This document shows positions 10,576 through 21,365 of a stretch of DNA of 64,000 nt, piece after piece. The first letter of the stretch is position 1. The number at the start of each line of letters is the position of its first letter. Source of the stretch: Desulfobacteraceae bacterium UBA2245 (GTDB taxonomy: Bacteria; Desulfobacterota; Desulfobacteria; Desulfobacterales; UBA2245); contig DDYB01000032.1 of the NCBI GenBank assembly GCA_002347265.1, forward strand, positions 193,389 through 257,388, written 5' to 3'. Below the pieces are notes generated by a model, which was not told where the DNA came from, did not search any database, and saw only the letters and a program-made list of their open reading frames with translations. Made by a program: the position numbers and the translations under genes.

Positions 10576-11661
10576 ATGTATCCAGGCAGGATTCGAAGAA
10601 TTACCCGTGAGATCCGTGTCGGTGGGGTCGCAATCGGTGCGAAGGCGCCCATCAGTGTCCAGTCCATGACCAATACCTTTACCGAGGATATCCAGGCGAC
10701 GATTGAGCAGATCCGCCGTCTGGAAAACGCCGGATGCGAGATCGTTCGCCTGGCAATTCCCAGTGAGGCTGCTGCTGCGGCCCTTGCTGCCGTCAAGTCC
10801 GGCGTTTCGATTCCCATCATCGCGGATATTCATTTTGATTACCGTTTGGCGATTGCCGCCGCCCGTTTTGGCGCAGACGCCTTGAGAATTAATCCCGGCA
10901 ATATCGGCGGCCGCAGGCGAATTCAGGCAGTGGTCGACTGCGCCAGGGATCATGGAATTCCGATCCGCATCGGGGTCAATTCGGGATCTCTGGAAAAAGA
11001 CCTGATTGAAAAGCATCAGGGGGTGACCGTGGATGCGATGGTGGAAAGCGCTCTGCGTCATATCTCGGTGCTTGAATCCATGAATTTTGACGCCATCAAG
11101 GTTTCCATCAAAACCTCGGATGTGGGCCGGACCGTTGCAGCCTACCGGCGCCTTTCCCAGCTTACGGATTATCCGCTGCATCTGGGTGTTACCGAGGCTG
11201 GAACCCTGTATTCCGGCATCGTGAAATCCGCTCTCGGCATCGGGATGCTGCTGTCCGAAGGCATCGGCGATACGCTGCGCGTTTCTCTGACCCGTGATCC
11301 GGCCGAAGAGGTGCGCGTGGGCTACGAGATTCTGAAGGCCCTGAATATCCGGCGCCGAGGGCCGGAGATCATATCCTGCCCGACCTGCGGCCGTTGCCGG
11401 ATCGATCTGTTCGGCATCGTTGAGCAGGTGGAAAAGGCCCTGGAAAACTTCAGAGCGCCGATCAAGATCGCCATAATGGGATGTGTGGTCAACGGACCCG
11501 GCGAGGCCAGGGAGGCCGATGTCGGAATCGCCGGCGGGGACGGTATCGGCATCTTATTTAAAAAAGGCAGGGTGGTTGAACAGTTTCCTCAGGAAAAACT
11601 GGTCCATGTACTGATGGAACATCTTGCGGACTATGCGGATTATGATAAAAATACAAATTGA
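10576..11661 (+). CDS. ispG: 4-hydroxy-3-methylbut-2-en-1-yl diphosphate synthase
   Basis: GcpE family signature (SVQSMTNT, RINPGNIG, CPTCGRC). Confidence 0.95.
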   Translation: MYPGRIRRITREIRVGGVAIGAKAPISVQSMTNTFTEDIQATIEQIRRLENAGCEIVRLAIPSEAAAAALAAVKSGVSIPIIADIHFDYRLAIAAARFGADALRINPGNIGGRRRIQAVVDCARDHGIPIRIGVNSGSLEKDLIEKHQGVTVDAMVESALRHISVLESMNFDAIKVSIKTSDVGRTVAAYRRLSQLTDYPLHLGVTEAGTLYSGIVKSALGIGMLLSEGIGDTLRVSLTRDPAEEVRVGYEILKALNIRRRGPEIISCPTCGRCRIDLFGIVEQVEKALENFRAPIKIAIMGCVVNGPGEAREADVGIAGGDGIGILFKKGRVVEQFPQEKLVHVLMEHLADYADYDKNTN

Positions 11662-11724
11662 ATCAGCGGTTTTGAAAGACGGGATTTATGCCGTCGCGCA
11701 AAGCTTTCAGATGAGAGGGACCTT

Positions 11725-13245
11725 ATGACAAAACAGGCGAAAACGGCGATATCTCCGACGCGGCAGGAGGATTATCCGGAATGGTACCAGCAGGTGGTCA
11801 AAGCTTCGGATATGGCCGAACGCTCCCCGGTGCGGGGGTGTATGGTGATCAAGCCCTGGGGCTATGCGATCTGGGAGGGGATTGTCCGGGAACTCGACGA
11901 CATGTTCAAGACCACGGGGGTCAAAAATGCCTATTTCCCCCTTTTCATTCCCCTGAGTTTTCTTGAAAAGGAAGCCGAGCACGTGGAAGGTTTTGCCAAG
12001 GAGTGTGCCGTTGTGACGCACCACCGTCTGGAAAAGGGCCCTGAGGGCGGGCTGGTTCCCGCCGGTCCGTTGCAGGAGCCTCTCGTGATAAGGCCTACCA
12101 GCGAGACCATCATCGGCGATGCTTTTGCCCGGTGGGTGACCAGTTACAGGGATCTTCCCGTTCTGATCAATCAGTGGGCCAACGTGGTCCGCTGGGAAAT
12201 GCGCACCCGGATATTTCTTCGCACCAGTGAATTTCTATGGCAGGAGGGGCATACGGCTCACGCCAGCCAGGCAGAGGCTGTCGAGCGTACCCGAATGATG
12301 CTCGATGTTTATGCCCGGCTGGCCGAGGAGATCCTGGCCATACCGGTGATTCAGGGGAGAAAAACCCCGGCGGAACGTTTTCCCGGCGCTGTGGATACCC
12401 TGTGCATCGAAGCCATGATGCAGGATCGAAAGGCCCTTCAGGCAGGAACCTCTCATTTTCTGGGCCAGAATTTTTCAAAAGCTTCGGGCATTAAATTTCA
12501 AAATCCGGAGGAAAAAGAGGAGTATGCCTGGACCACCTCATGGGGAGTTTCCACCCGCCTGATCGGAGGGTTGATCATGACTCATGCCGATGACGACGGC
12601 CTGGTTCTGCCCCCAAGGGCCGCCGCCGCCCATGTGGCGTTGATGCCCATATACCGCAGTGAGCAGGAAAAAGCCCTGGTCATGGAATACACGCAAAGTC
12701 TGGCTTGCCGGCTTCGGGACGTTTTTTATCATAACCGCCGGCTGATTGTGGAGGTCGATGACCGGGAAATCGGCGGGGCCCGGGGCTGGGACTGGATCAG
12801 AAAGGGAATTCCGATCCGCGTGGAGATCGGTCCCCGGGACATGGCCGCCGAATCGGTGTTCATGGCCCGGCGGGATAAGCCGCACAAGGACAGGGTGTCG
12901 ATTTCCCGCAAAGAATTTGTCGCCCGTATTGCCGAAATATTGGATGATATGCAGCAGAATCTTTTTGAGCGGGCCCTGGCTTTTCAAAAGGAAAATACGG
13001 CAAAAATCGATGGCAGGGATGCGTTTTACGCGTATTTTACGCCCAAAAATTCCGAGCAGCCGGAAATTCATGGAGGATTTGCCCTCGCCCACTGGTGCGC
13101 CTCAAACGCATGTGAATCCAGAATCAAAGAAGATCTGAGCGTCACGATTCGCAGCATTCCCTTTGAAGCCGAGTTTGAGAACGGATTTTGCGTCTACTGC
13201 GGTAAACCGAGCGGCCGGCGCGTGATTTTTGCCAAGTCCTACTGA
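11725..13245 (+). CDS. proS: proline--tRNA ligase (archaeal/eukaryote-like short form)
   Basis: Class II aaRS motifs and a C-terminal zinc-type domain ending in SY. There is no bacterial INS editing insertion at this length (506 aa). Confidence 0.92.
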   Translation: MTKQAKTAISPTRQEDYPEWYQQVVKASDMAERSPVRGCMVIKPWGYAIWEGIVRELDDMFKTTGVKNAYFPLFIPLSFLEKEAEHVEGFAKECAVVTHHRLEKGPEGGLVPAGPLQEPLVIRPTSETIIGDAFARWVTSYRDLPVLINQWANVVRWEMRTRIFLRTSEFLWQEGHTAHASQAEAVERTRMMLDVYARLAEEILAIPVIQGRKTPAERFPGAVDTLCIEAMMQDRKALQAGTSHFLGQNFSKASGIKFQNPEEKEEYAWTTSWGVSTRLIGGLIMTHADDDGLVLPPRAAAAHVALMPIYRSEQEKALVMEYTQSLACRLRDVFYHNRRLIVEVDDREIGGARGWDWIRKGIPIRVEIGPRDMAAESVFMARRDKPHKDRVSISRKEFVARIAEILDDMQQNLFERALAFQKENTAKIDGRDAFYAYFTPKNSEQPEIHGGFALAHWCASNACESRIKEDLSVTIRSIPFEAEFENGFCVYCGKPSGRRVIFAKSY

Positions 13246-13315
13246 TCTTCATGCCCTGCGCGGTTGCAGTGGAACATGAGGCTGGGGCTGTTTTTAAATC
13301 AAATTTGAGCGTCCT

Positions 13316-15460
13316 ATGATCCGCATCAACGAGATCATCGACAAAATGCTTGCGTATACCTCCGAGGCCGATCTGGGGATCGTCGAGCGGGCCTATATCT
13401 ATTCCGCCCGCGTTCATGAGGGACAGGTGCGGTTGTCCGGCGAGCCGTATTTGTCGCATCCGCTGGAGGTGGCCGGTATTCTTGCCGATATGAAACTCGA
13501 TGCTGTCAGCGTTGCTTCGGCGCTGCTGCACGATGTGATCGAGGATACGCATACCACCGAGGAAAATATCCGGGAGATGTTTGGTCCCGAGGTGGCGCAC
13601 ATTGTATCCGGCGTCACCAAGCTCAGCGCGCTGCCTTACGACAGTGCGCAGGCACGGGAGGCTGAAAGCATTCGAAAGATGCTGCTGGCCATGGCGGATG
13701 ACATACGGGTGGTTCTGATCAAGCTTGCCGACCGTCTGCACAACATGCGAACCCTGCAGTTTCATAAAAGCGCCGGCAAACAGCGCAGGATCGCCCAGGA
13801 GACTCTGGACATCTACGCCTCGATCGCGGCGCGTCTCGGGATTTACTGGATCAAGAACGAGTTGGAGGACCTCTCTTTCAAATATATTCTTCCGGAAGAT
13901 TATGAAAGAATCAGAAGCCTGGTCAGCAAGGATCAGGTGGAACGCGAAGAGTTTATCGAGACGGTCAAGCGCTACATCAAGAAAAAGATGGATGAAAACC
14001 ATCTGAAATGCGAGGTTCTTGGGAGATACAAACGCTATTACAGCATTTTTCAGAAGATGCGGAAGCAAAACCTTGCCTTTGAGGATGTCTATGACATCAT
14101 CGCTTTTCGAATCATTCTGGAAACCATTTCCCAATGCTATGAAGCTCTCGGCCTGCTGCACTCCCTCTGGAAGCCGGTTCCTAATAAATTCAAGGATTAT
14201 ATCGGCATGCCCAAGCCCAACATGTATCAATCCCTGCATACCACTGTCATCGGACCGGTCGGCGAGCGAATCGAGATTCAGATTCGTACCCATGAAATGG
14301 ACCAGGTGGCCAAGTCGGGAATTGCGGCTCACTGGAGCTATAAAGAGGGAGGGAAGATCGATAAGAGTCTGACGAAGACCTTTGCCTGGCTTCAGACGCT
14401 GATCGAAAATCAGGAGAACATCAAGGATCCGAAAGAATTTCTCGAAAATGTTCGGATCGACCTGTTTCCCGATGAGGTTTATGTGTTTACCCCCCGGGGC
14501 GAGATCAAGTCGCTTCCCAGGGGCGCTACTCCGGTGGATTTTGCCTATATGATTCATTCGGAAGTGGGGCATCAGTGTGTGGGGGCCAAGGTCAACAACC
14601 GCATGGTGCCTTTGCAGTACAAGCTTGTAACCGGGGATGTTATTGAAATTACGACCGCCAAGGGTCATCGTCCCAGCAAGGACTGGCTGAAGTTCGTTCA
14701 AACCATCAAGGCGCGTTCCCGGATCCGCCAATGGATCAAGACCCAGGAAAAAGACCGCAGCGTCAGCCTTGGCAGGGAGATGTGCGAGAAGGCGTTTCGC
14801 AAACACAAGCTGAATTTCAATATCCTCTCGAAGTCCGAACAGATGGGCAGGGTGGTCGAGGAATTCGGTTTCAAGACGATGGACGACCTGATTGCCAGCG
14901 TGGGATACGGCAAGATTACGCCGCTTCAGATCGTCCGGAAGTTCGCCCAGAAACCCGATGCCGAACCGGAGCCTTCCCTTGTTTCACGAATCGTGGAACG
15001 CGAAGACAGGAAAAAACTCAGGACCGGCGTCATTGTCAAGGGCGTGGATGATATTCTGATTCGTTATGGGAAATGCTGCCAGCCGGTGCCCGGGGATTCG
15101 ATCACCGGGTACATCACGCGAGGACACGGGGTGACCGTGCACCGCACCTCCTGCATTAATGCGCTGAAGATGAATCCGGAAAGGCAGATCGAGGTGGAAT
15201 GGCCTGATGAGATTTCCGCGACTTATCCTGTGAAGATTCACATTCGAGCATTTGACCGGGTTGGGCTGCTGGCGGATGTTGCCGCCAGCATCAGCAAGAG
15301 CGGCGCAAACATCATCAGCGTGGATACCGAAACCCGGTCAAAGGAAATGGCTTATCTGAATTTCACCCTTTCGGTGAATGGCACCGAGCATCTGAGCAGC
15401 GTGATTTCGGCCGTCAAGGGCGTCAAATTCGTTCAGGAGGTCAGCCGCATTGAAACCTAG
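13316..15460 (+). CDS. rel: bifunctional (p)ppGpp synthetase/hydrolase
   Basis: HD hydrolase (HPLEVA...HDVIEDT), RelA/SpoT synthetase, TGS and ACT regions in order. Confidence 0.93.
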   Translation: MIRINEIIDKMLAYTSEADLGIVERAYIYSARVHEGQVRLSGEPYLSHPLEVAGILADMKLDAVSVASALLHDVIEDTHTTEENIREMFGPEVAHIVSGVTKLSALPYDSAQAREAESIRKMLLAMADDIRVVLIKLADRLHNMRTLQFHKSAGKQRRIAQETLDIYASIAARLGIYWIKNELEDLSFKYILPEDYERIRSLVSKDQVEREEFIETVKRYIKKKMDENHLKCEVLGRYKRYYSIFQKMRKQNLAFEDVYDIIAFRIILETISQCYEALGLLHSLWKPVPNKFKDYIGMPKPNMYQSLHTTVIGPVGERIEIQIRTHEMDQVAKSGIAAHWSYKEGGKIDKSLTKTFAWLQTLIENQENIKDPKEFLENVRIDLFPDEVYVFTPRGEIKSLPRGATPVDFAYMIHSEVGHQCVGAKVNNRMVPLQYKLVTGDVIEITTAKGHRPSKDWLKFVQTIKARSRIRQWIKTQEKDRSVSLGREMCEKAFRKHKLNFNILSKSEQMGRVVEEFGFKTMDDLIASVGYGKITPLQIVRKFAQKPDAEPEPSLVSRIVEREDRKKLRTGVIVKGVDDILIRYGKCCQPVPGDSITGYITRGHGVTVHRTSCINALKMNPERQIEVEWPDEISATYPVKIHIRAFDRVGLLADVAASISKSGANIISVDTETRSKEMAYLNFTLSVNGTEHLSSVISAVKGVKFVQEVSRIET

Positions 15461-15651
15461 GCCGCTTTAATAACGCTTCCGGACTTGATGCAGTTGGTGC
15501 AGACGGTCATTTTTTTCACCTGCCCGTTCTTTTGAAGGACACGGATATGCTGCAGATTCGGATTAAAACGCCTTTTGGTTACATTGTGGGCATGGCTGAC
15601 GTTGCTGCCGACCATGGATTTTTTGCCGCAGATCTCGCATATTTTGGACAT
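15457..15651 (-). CDS. rpmB: 50S ribosomal protein L28
   Basis: [11 protein letters not shown]...[15 protein letters not shown]. The start was verified at CAT 15649..15651. Confidence 0.9.
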   Translation of the reverse strand: MSKICEICGKKSMVGSNVSHAHNVTKRRFNPNLQHIRVLQKNGQVKKMTVCTNCIKSGSVIKAA

Positions 15652-15756
15652 CGTTGATATATCTCCCGTTGGTTTCAATATTCAAACAGTGTGCGCTTGT
15701 ACATCAAATTTCCGAAGGTGTAAAGAAACTTTTTTAAATCAAGGGCTGCCCCGCCT

Positions 15757-16464
15757 TTATTGAATACCGTTCATGCCTTCCTTGTTCCCGCCTTGCATTG
15801 TCAGTGCCGGATCTGCCGGCGTGTCGGGCAGTTTCGCCTCGCACCGGGCGATGTATTCCATAGCCTCTTTGTGAATACCGACATCCGGGTACTCGGTCAG
15901 CACGGTTTTGAAACGGCTTAAAGCCGCTTTATAGTGCTTTGACTTGAAATAAAAAAGCCCCACATAGAATTCATGTCCTGCCATACTGCTGTTGCACTTG
16001 AAAATATTGGCCTCGGCCTTTTGCGTGTAAGGATCATTCGGATAGCTTTTTTTCAGGCGCTGAAAACTTTCCAGGGCCTTTCTGGCCGTGGTCTGGTCAC
16101 GGTCCACCGTATCGATGCGCTCAAAATTGCACAGACCGATCTGGTAGATGACATAGGGCATGGCATCATTCCTCGGGTGCAGGTTTTCGAATTCTTCATA
16201 GGCGAAAATGGCATCCTCGTATTCCTTAAGATAATAATGGGAATCGGCGATCTTGAGTTCAGCCAGAATGGCGAACTTGCTGAACGGATACCAGTCTTTG
16301 AGCTTCTGAAAATGTTCGATGGCTTCCCGGTAATCGCCCTCGGAAAAGGCTTCCATGCCGAGGCTCGTCAACTGGTCTGAGGATTTTTCGGTTTTGGATT
16401 CGAACCAGGCGCAACCCCATCCGGAAAGGGACAACAACAGACAAACGATAATGATTTTTTTCAT
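15757..16464 (-). CDS. bamD: outer membrane protein assembly factor BamD (TPR lipoprotein)
   Basis: Signal peptide with an LSGWGC lipobox, TPR repeats, about 235 aa. Confidence 0.8.
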   Translation of the reverse strand: MKKIIIVCLLLSLSGWGCAWFESKTEKSSDQLTSLGMEAFSEGDYREAIEHFQKLKDWYPFSKFAILAELKIADSHYYLKEYEDAIFAYEEFENLHPRNDAMPYVIYQIGLCNFERIDTVDRDQTTARKALESFQRLKKSYPNDPYTQKAEANIFKCNSSMAGHEFYVGLFYFKSKHYKAALSRFKTVLTEYPDVGIHKEAMEYIARCEAKLPDTPADPALTMQGGNKEGMNGIQ

Positions 16465-16467
16465 AAT

Positions 16468-17391
16468 TTATAAACTCTCAATGTAATGGGCTGCCGAAGT
16501 GGCGGCAATGGCGCCGTCGCCGACAGCCGTCGCCACTTGGCGCAAGGGAGTGCTTCGAACGTCTCCGGCGGCAAAAACACCGGGCGCCGAGGTCTCCATG
16601 CGGGCGTTGACCGCGATGAAACCGGCATCGTCAAGCTTCAAGGCGTTGCCGACAAGCCGGGTGTTTGGCTGAATGCCAACCCAGACGAAGCATCCTTCAA
16701 CGTCAAGCTGTTGCGTTTCGCCGGTCTTGACGTTTTGAACCGACACTTTTTCCAGGTTAAACAAGCCGTCAAATCCGGTCACCACCGAATTCCAGATAAA
16801 TTCTATCCTGTTATTGGAAAAGGCGCGTTCCTGAAGGATCCTGGCAGCGCGGAGCTGGTCCCGCCGGTGAATCAGATAAACCTTTTTGACGAATTTGGTC
16901 AGATACAAACTTTCCTGAACGGCCGTATCTCCGCCGCCGACCGCCGCTACCACGCCATCCTTGAAAAACGGAGCATCGCAGGTTGCACAGGTGGAAATTC
17001 CCCTGCCCAAAAAATTTTCTTCCTTATCGGCTCCGAGCTTTTTGGGAGAGGCTCCGGTTGCAATCACCACGGCGCGGGCGGTGATGGTTGTTTTTTCGAG
17101 CGCAATCTTTTTGACCGGTCCGGAAAGGTCCAGGGAAACCACCTCGCCGGTTTCAATCTTCAGACCAAAGCCCTTGGCCTGTTCAATGAATTTTTCGACC
17201 AGATCAGCGCCGGGCAGGCCTTTGGGGAATCCCGGGTAGTTTTCGATCCAGTCGGTCACGATGATCTGGCCGCCGGGAACGAGTTTTTCAAGCATCAGAA
17301 CGTTGAGGCGTGCGCGGGAGGCGTAAATTCCGGCGGTCAGTCCGGCCGGGCCGCCGCCGATGATTACCAGATCGTAGTCAACGGTGTTCAT
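16468..17391 (-). CDS. trxB: thioredoxin-disulfide reductase
   Basis: GGGPAG FAD motif, CATCDAPFF redox-active disulfide, GGGDTA NADPH motif. Confidence 0.93.
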   Translation of the reverse strand: MNTVDYDLVIIGGGPAGLTAGIYASRARLNVLMLEKLVPGGQIIVTDWIENYPGFPKGLPGADLVEKFIEQAKGFGLKIETGEVVSLDLSGPVKKIALEKTTITARAVVIATGASPKKLGADKEENFLGRGISTCATCDAPFFKDGVVAAVGGGDTAVQESLYLTKFVKKVYLIHRRDQLRAARILQERAFSNNRIEFIWNSVVTGFDGLFNLEKVSVQNVKTGETQQLDVEGCFVWVGIQPNTRLVGNALKLDDAGFIAVNARMETSAPGVFAAGDVRSTPLRQVATAVGDGAIAATSAAHYIESL

Positions 17392-17401
17392 TTTTCAATT
17401 C

Positions 17402-17725
17402 CTAAAGCAGCTTTTTCAGGGATTCGTCAATCTTGTTTTTTGCGACCAGGCCGCGGAGCTGGTCCACCAGGTCTCCTCCCTTGAAGAAAAGCAGGGTGGG
17501 AATAGCCTTGATGCCGTATTTGCCGGGAGTTGCTGAGTTTTCATCCACATTGCATTTGGTGATTTTAATCTGACCGCCGTATTCCGCCGCCAATTCATCG
17601 ATCGCGGGGGCAATGGCCTTGCAAGGCCCGCACCAGGGCGCCCAAAAGTCCACCAGAACCGGTTTGTCGGATTTCAGTACTTCTGCCTCGAAATTGCTGT
17701 CGTTGACTTCCTTTGCCTTTGACAT
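17402..17725 (-). CDS. trxA: thioredoxin
   Basis: WAPWCGPCK active site, 107 aa. Confidence 0.93.
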   Translation of the reverse strand: MSKAKEVNDSNFEAEVLKSDKPVLVDFWAPWCGPCKAIAPAIDELAAEYGGQIKITKCNVDENSATPGKYGIKAIPTLLFFKGGDLVDQLRGLVAKNKIDESLKKLL

Positions 17726-18270
17726 AACGATTCCTTTCTTTGGGCCGTTTGATTATGGTCTGATATCGGCTTCCTGTCAGGGCCGGCTGTTCGCTTTCAA
17801 CCGTCAACCAATAACCATTCACTGATAACTGATTTGCCGCAAAATAGGGCCGCGGATTGATTTTGTCAAAACGCATGCCCCCGAAGCAGGGCGACATAAA
17901 ATTCGGTTGAGTTCGATATAAGAGCATTTTGAAATACCGAAGGATAGCGTAATGGTTTATATTAAATGTTCGGGCGGCTGTCAATATGTTGTAAAAAATG
18001 CCGTGGAACGTTTGTCCTCCGGGTTGGGCGCGGTATCGGACGGGAAGCCGCTGCATGGGCATCGATCTTAAAACGTCTTGCACAATGCCCAGGGAGCGGC
18101 TATTGTGCATCTGACGCCGCAGACGCTCGGGGATTAGCCGACCGGCGTCCGAGCTGGTTCAGGAACGGATGAAAGGCGTTCAGATGAACGGCTTTCAACA
18201 GAAATCATACAGGCCCTGCCAGCTCTGATCCGTCGGTTCCGGCGACCGGCATCTAATTTTTCCTGACAGG

Positions 18271-20337
18271 GTGAATGATATGCCCAGAAATTTCCATTCG
18301 ATTTATTCTCACGGTTTCCTGCGCGTGACGGTAGCCATTCCGAATGTCCGTGTGGCGGACTGCGCCTACAATGTCGAGCGCGCTCTGCTTCTGGCCCGCC
18401 GCGCCTCCGAAAGCCACGCAGCGATCGCGCTTTTTCCGGAACTCTGCATCTCCGCCTATTCCAACGAGGACCTGTTTCATCAGGATGCCCTCCTGGATGC
18501 CGTGCGGTCCGCGCTGTCTTTTCTGATCAGGGAAAGCCGCACCCTTTCACCCGTGCTTCTCGTGGGCGCTCCGCTCAGATTCGAGGAAAAGCTCTTCAAC
18601 TGCGCCGTCGTGATTTACCGGGGCAGGGTGCTTGGAATCGTTCCCAAGACCTATATCCCCAATTATCGGGAATTTTACGAGAAGCGGCAGTTTACCTCGG
18701 GACGGGATGCTTTTGGAAAGGAGGTACAATTTCTGGGAGAAACCGTTCCCTTCGGGAGCGACCTGATTTTTGACGCCATCAACGTTCCTGGTTTTGCCCT
18801 TCACGTGGAAATCTGTGAGGACATCTGGACCCCGATTCCTCCGAGCACCTATGGTGCGCTGGCCGGCGCCACGATTCTTGCCAATCTGTCGGCCAGCAAT
18901 ATTACCGTGGGAAAGACGGACTACCGGAAATTGCTGTGCGCCTCGCAGTCGGCAAAGTGTGTTTCGGCCTATCTGTATTCCGCCGCCGGGCCGGGGGAAT
19001 CCACCACGGATCTGGCCTGGGACGGATACGCCGTCATTTATGAGAACAATGATCGCCTGGCGGAATCTCAGCGATTTGCGGGAGAGGAGCAGCTGATTGC
19101 GGCGGACATCGATCTGGATCGCTTGGTGCAGGAGCGCATGCGGCTGACCAGTTTCAACGACTCGGTCGGCGAGCACCGCCGGCGGCTTGCCCGTATGCGG
19201 CGCATTTCGTTTGAATTCGAGATTCCAGGGGCAACCGTGGGGCTGATGCGCCGCGTGCCGCGTTTTCCGTATGTGCCCAGCGACGCTGCAGTGCTCGACG
19301 AACGCTGCTTCGAGGTTTACAACATTCAGGTTCACAGCCTGATGAAACGGCTTTCCGCAATCGGTATGAAGCATCTGGTCATCGGTATTTCCGGCGGACT
19401 GGATTCCACCCAGTCGCTGATCGTCGCCGCTAAAACCATGGACCGACTGGGGCTGCCCCGGACGAATATTCTTGGATACACCATGCCGGGATTCGCTACC
19501 AGCGCGATCACGAACCAGAATGCCCACCGGCTGATGAACAGCCTTGGCATCACGGCGGGTGAAATCGACATCCGTCCATCCTGCATGCAGATGTTCCGGG
19601 ATATCGAGCACCCCTATGCCGGCGGGGAGCCGTCCTACGACATTACGTTTGAAAACGTTCAGGCCGGGGAAAGAACCTCCCATCTTTTCCGTCTGGCGAA
19701 CCTGCACAATGCCATCGTGCTGGGCACCGGCGATCTGAGCGAGCTGGCCCTGGGCTGGACAACCTACGGGGTCGGGGACCAGATGTCTCATTACAACGTC
19801 AACGCCTCTGTGCCCAAGACCCTGATTCAACACCTGATCCGATGGATCATCCGCACCGGCCAGTTTGACGAGGATACCGGCAGGGTGCTTCAGTCCATTG
19901 TGGACACCGAGATATCCCCCGAACTGATTCCGGATGAAAACGGCGCCTGCGACAAGCCGGCGCAGCGGACGGAGTCGGTGATCGGGCCTTACGAACTTCA
20001 GGATTTCAATCTGTACTATACGCTTCGATTCGGGTTCAGGCCGAGCAAGGTGGCGTTTCTGGCGCAACATGCCTGGGGCGAGAAATCGCAAGGAGCCTGG
20101 CCTGAATTTCTGCCGGCGGACAAATGCAACGAATATGACCTGACAACCATCAAAAAATGGCTTGAGGTGTTTCTCTATCGCTTTTTCAAGACCAGCCAGT
20201 TCAAAAGGACGGCCATGCCGAATGGCCCCAAGGTGGGATCGGGCGGCTCGCTTTCCCCTCGCAGCGACTGGCGTGCCCCGAGCGATTCCGAGGCCCTTGT
20301 GTGGCTGGAAGAATTGCGGAACAATGTACCCGGATAA
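18271..20337 (+). CDS. nadE: glutamine-dependent NAD+ synthetase (long form, nitrilase-like domain + synthetase domain)
   Basis: N-terminal CN-hydrolase domain ([14 protein letters not shown]) and a C-terminal SGGLDS PP-loop. Confidence 0.92.
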   Translation: MNDMPRNFHSIYSHGFLRVTVAIPNVRVADCAYNVERALLLARRASESHAAIALFPELCISAYSNEDLFHQDALLDAVRSALSFLIRESRTLSPVLLVGAPLRFEEKLFNCAVVIYRGRVLGIVPKTYIPNYREFYEKRQFTSGRDAFGKEVQFLGETVPFGSDLIFDAINVPGFALHVEICEDIWTPIPPSTYGALAGATILANLSASNITVGKTDYRKLLCASQSAKCVSAYLYSAAGPGESTTDLAWDGYAVIYENNDRLAESQRFAGEEQLIAADIDLDRLVQERMRLTSFNDSVGEHRRRLARMRRISFEFEIPGATVGLMRRVPRFPYVPSDAAVLDERCFEVYNIQVHSLMKRLSAIGMKHLVIGISGGLDSTQSLIVAAKTMDRLGLPRTNILGYTMPGFATSAITNQNAHRLMNSLGITAGEIDIRPSCMQMFRDIEHPYAGGEPSYDITFENVQAGERTSHLFRLANLHNAIVLGTGDLSELALGWTTYGVGDQMSHYNVNASVPKTLIQHLIRWIIRTGQFDEDTGRVLQSIVDTEISPELIPDENGACDKPAQRTESVIGPYELQDFNLYYTLRFGFRPSKVAFLAQHAWGEKSQGAWPEFLPADKCNEYDLTTIKKWLEVFLYRFFKTSQFKRTAMPNGPKVGSGGSLSPRSDWRAPSDSEALVWLEELRNNVPG

Positions 20338-20515
20338 TCGGTGAGGATTTGATGAGTATCATTATATCGGATAGGGTTGGACCTCGGCTCTTGGGCATGG
20401 ACCGCTGTGTTCAAACGTTTTCCAGGGCCCGCCTTCGGCGCTTTTTGAGAACCAATGCAAACATGATGGTCTCTTAAAAATTGAAAAACAAAATTCCAGA
20501 CGTTTTAAATTATCG

Positions 20516-20560
20516 ATGCTCTCCACCACCGGGGTATTTATTCCGGGTGGTGGAGAGCAT
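20516..20560. terminator. 15-bp perfect hairpin between convergent nadE and small-protein gene (probable bidirectional terminator)
   Basis: ATGCTCTCCACCACC ... GGTGGTGGAGAGCAT arms at 20516..20530 and 20546..20560. Confidence 0.5.
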
Positions 20561-20610
20561 GCGGGAAAGATCAGTTACGGGGACTGAAATCATGGGAAAA
20601 AGCGAGGAGA

Positions 20611-20814
20611 TCACTCCGCCCTTTCTTCTTTGCTGGTTTCAAGGTACATTACCTCGGCGCCGACCGCTTTGGCGATCTGATCAAGCTCCTGCTTCCGGAT
20701 ATGCTCGACGTAGAGTTTCAGATCTATGCCGCAGACGCCGATCACGCGGAACCGGGGCTTTTTTTCTCCTTTTTCAACCTTGCGACGTTCACGAACAAAA
20801 ATTTTTGCACTCAT
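20611..20814 (-). CDS. small conserved basic protein, paralog A (67 aa), unknown family
   Basis: AAGGAG RBS 6 nt upstream of the ATG. It is 36/58 identical, gap-free, to the 71-aa product of 31801..32016 (hand alignment). Confidence 0.72.
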   Translation of the reverse strand: MSAKIFVRERRKVEKGEKKPRFRVIGVCGIDLKLYVEHIRKQELDQIAKAVGAEVMYLETSKEERAE

Positions 20815-20894
20815 GGCGCTCTCCTTTCAAAAAATCGGGTTTGGGGGGCCGGCCTTCAATCAATTGATCTTGATGAAACCGGAATTTATATTTT

Positions 20895-20921
20895 ACATAT
20901 ATATCCTTAAAGGATATATGT
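20895..20921. promoter_or_regulatory. palindromic candidate operator immediately upstream of padR
   Basis: ATATATCCTT-A-AAGGATATAT has perfect 10-bp arms (20899..20908 / 20910..20919), flanked by ACAT...ATGT. It ends 8 nt before the padR ATG. Confidence 0.45.
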
Positions 20922-20928
20922 CAACAAT

Positions 20929-21318
20929 ATGAATCAAAAAAATACAAAAGATCCCGGCTCAGGCAAAAGGCAACGTTATATTCAGCCGTCAATTCTGATG
21001 AGTCTGAAATTAAAGTCTTCCTATGGGTACGAATTAATTCAGGAAATTCAAAAACTGGGGTTTGTGGAAGGATCGGCGCCTCCGGGCATGATCTACCGGC
21101 ACCTTCGGCAGCTGGAGGAGGAAGGCATGGTCTGCTCCGAATGGCATACCGAAGGCGCAGGACCGGCCAGGCGGATCTATCGCCTGACCCCGGAAGGCGA
21201 TGACATGCTCTATTCCTGGATCCAGTACATGGAGGATCAGGCCCGAAAACTTAAAGATTTTACCGAAGGGTACTATCGGATAACGGGCTGCCAAGGCACA
21301 AGCCATTCAATCGAATAA
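20929..21318 (+). CDS. PadR-family transcriptional regulator
   Basis: Winged-helix PadR pattern (ILMSLKLKSSYGYELIQEI...GMIYRHLRQLEEEGMV...RRIYRLTPEG). Confidence 0.85.
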   Translation: MNQKNTKDPGSGKRQRYIQPSILMSLKLKSSYGYELIQEIQKLGFVEGSAPPGMIYRHLRQLEEEGMVCSEWHTEGAGPARRIYRLTPEGDDMLYSWIQYMEDQARKLKDFTEGYYRITGCQGTSHSIE

Positions 21319-21337
21319 GAGGTGATGAAGACTGCAA

Positions 21338-21365
21338 GCAGGCTGTTTTCGAGCCTGCATTTTTA
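21338..21365 (+). terminator. rho-independent terminator after padR
   Basis: GCAGGCT-gttttcg-AGCCTGC followed by ATTTTTA. Confidence 0.6.

Noticed and set aside
13142-14806. 554-aa ORF antisense to rel.
   Set aside because: It lies entirely inside the well-supported rel gene on the opposite strand. Its composition is low-complexity and Arg/Gly/Leu-rich, typical of antisense frames in GC-rich coding DNA, and it has no recognisable motifs.
20481-20867. 128-aa plus-strand ORF covering the small-protein locus.
   Set aside because: It spans the terminator hairpin and is antisense to the RBS-equipped, paralog-supported 67-aa gene, with no motif or RBS of its own.
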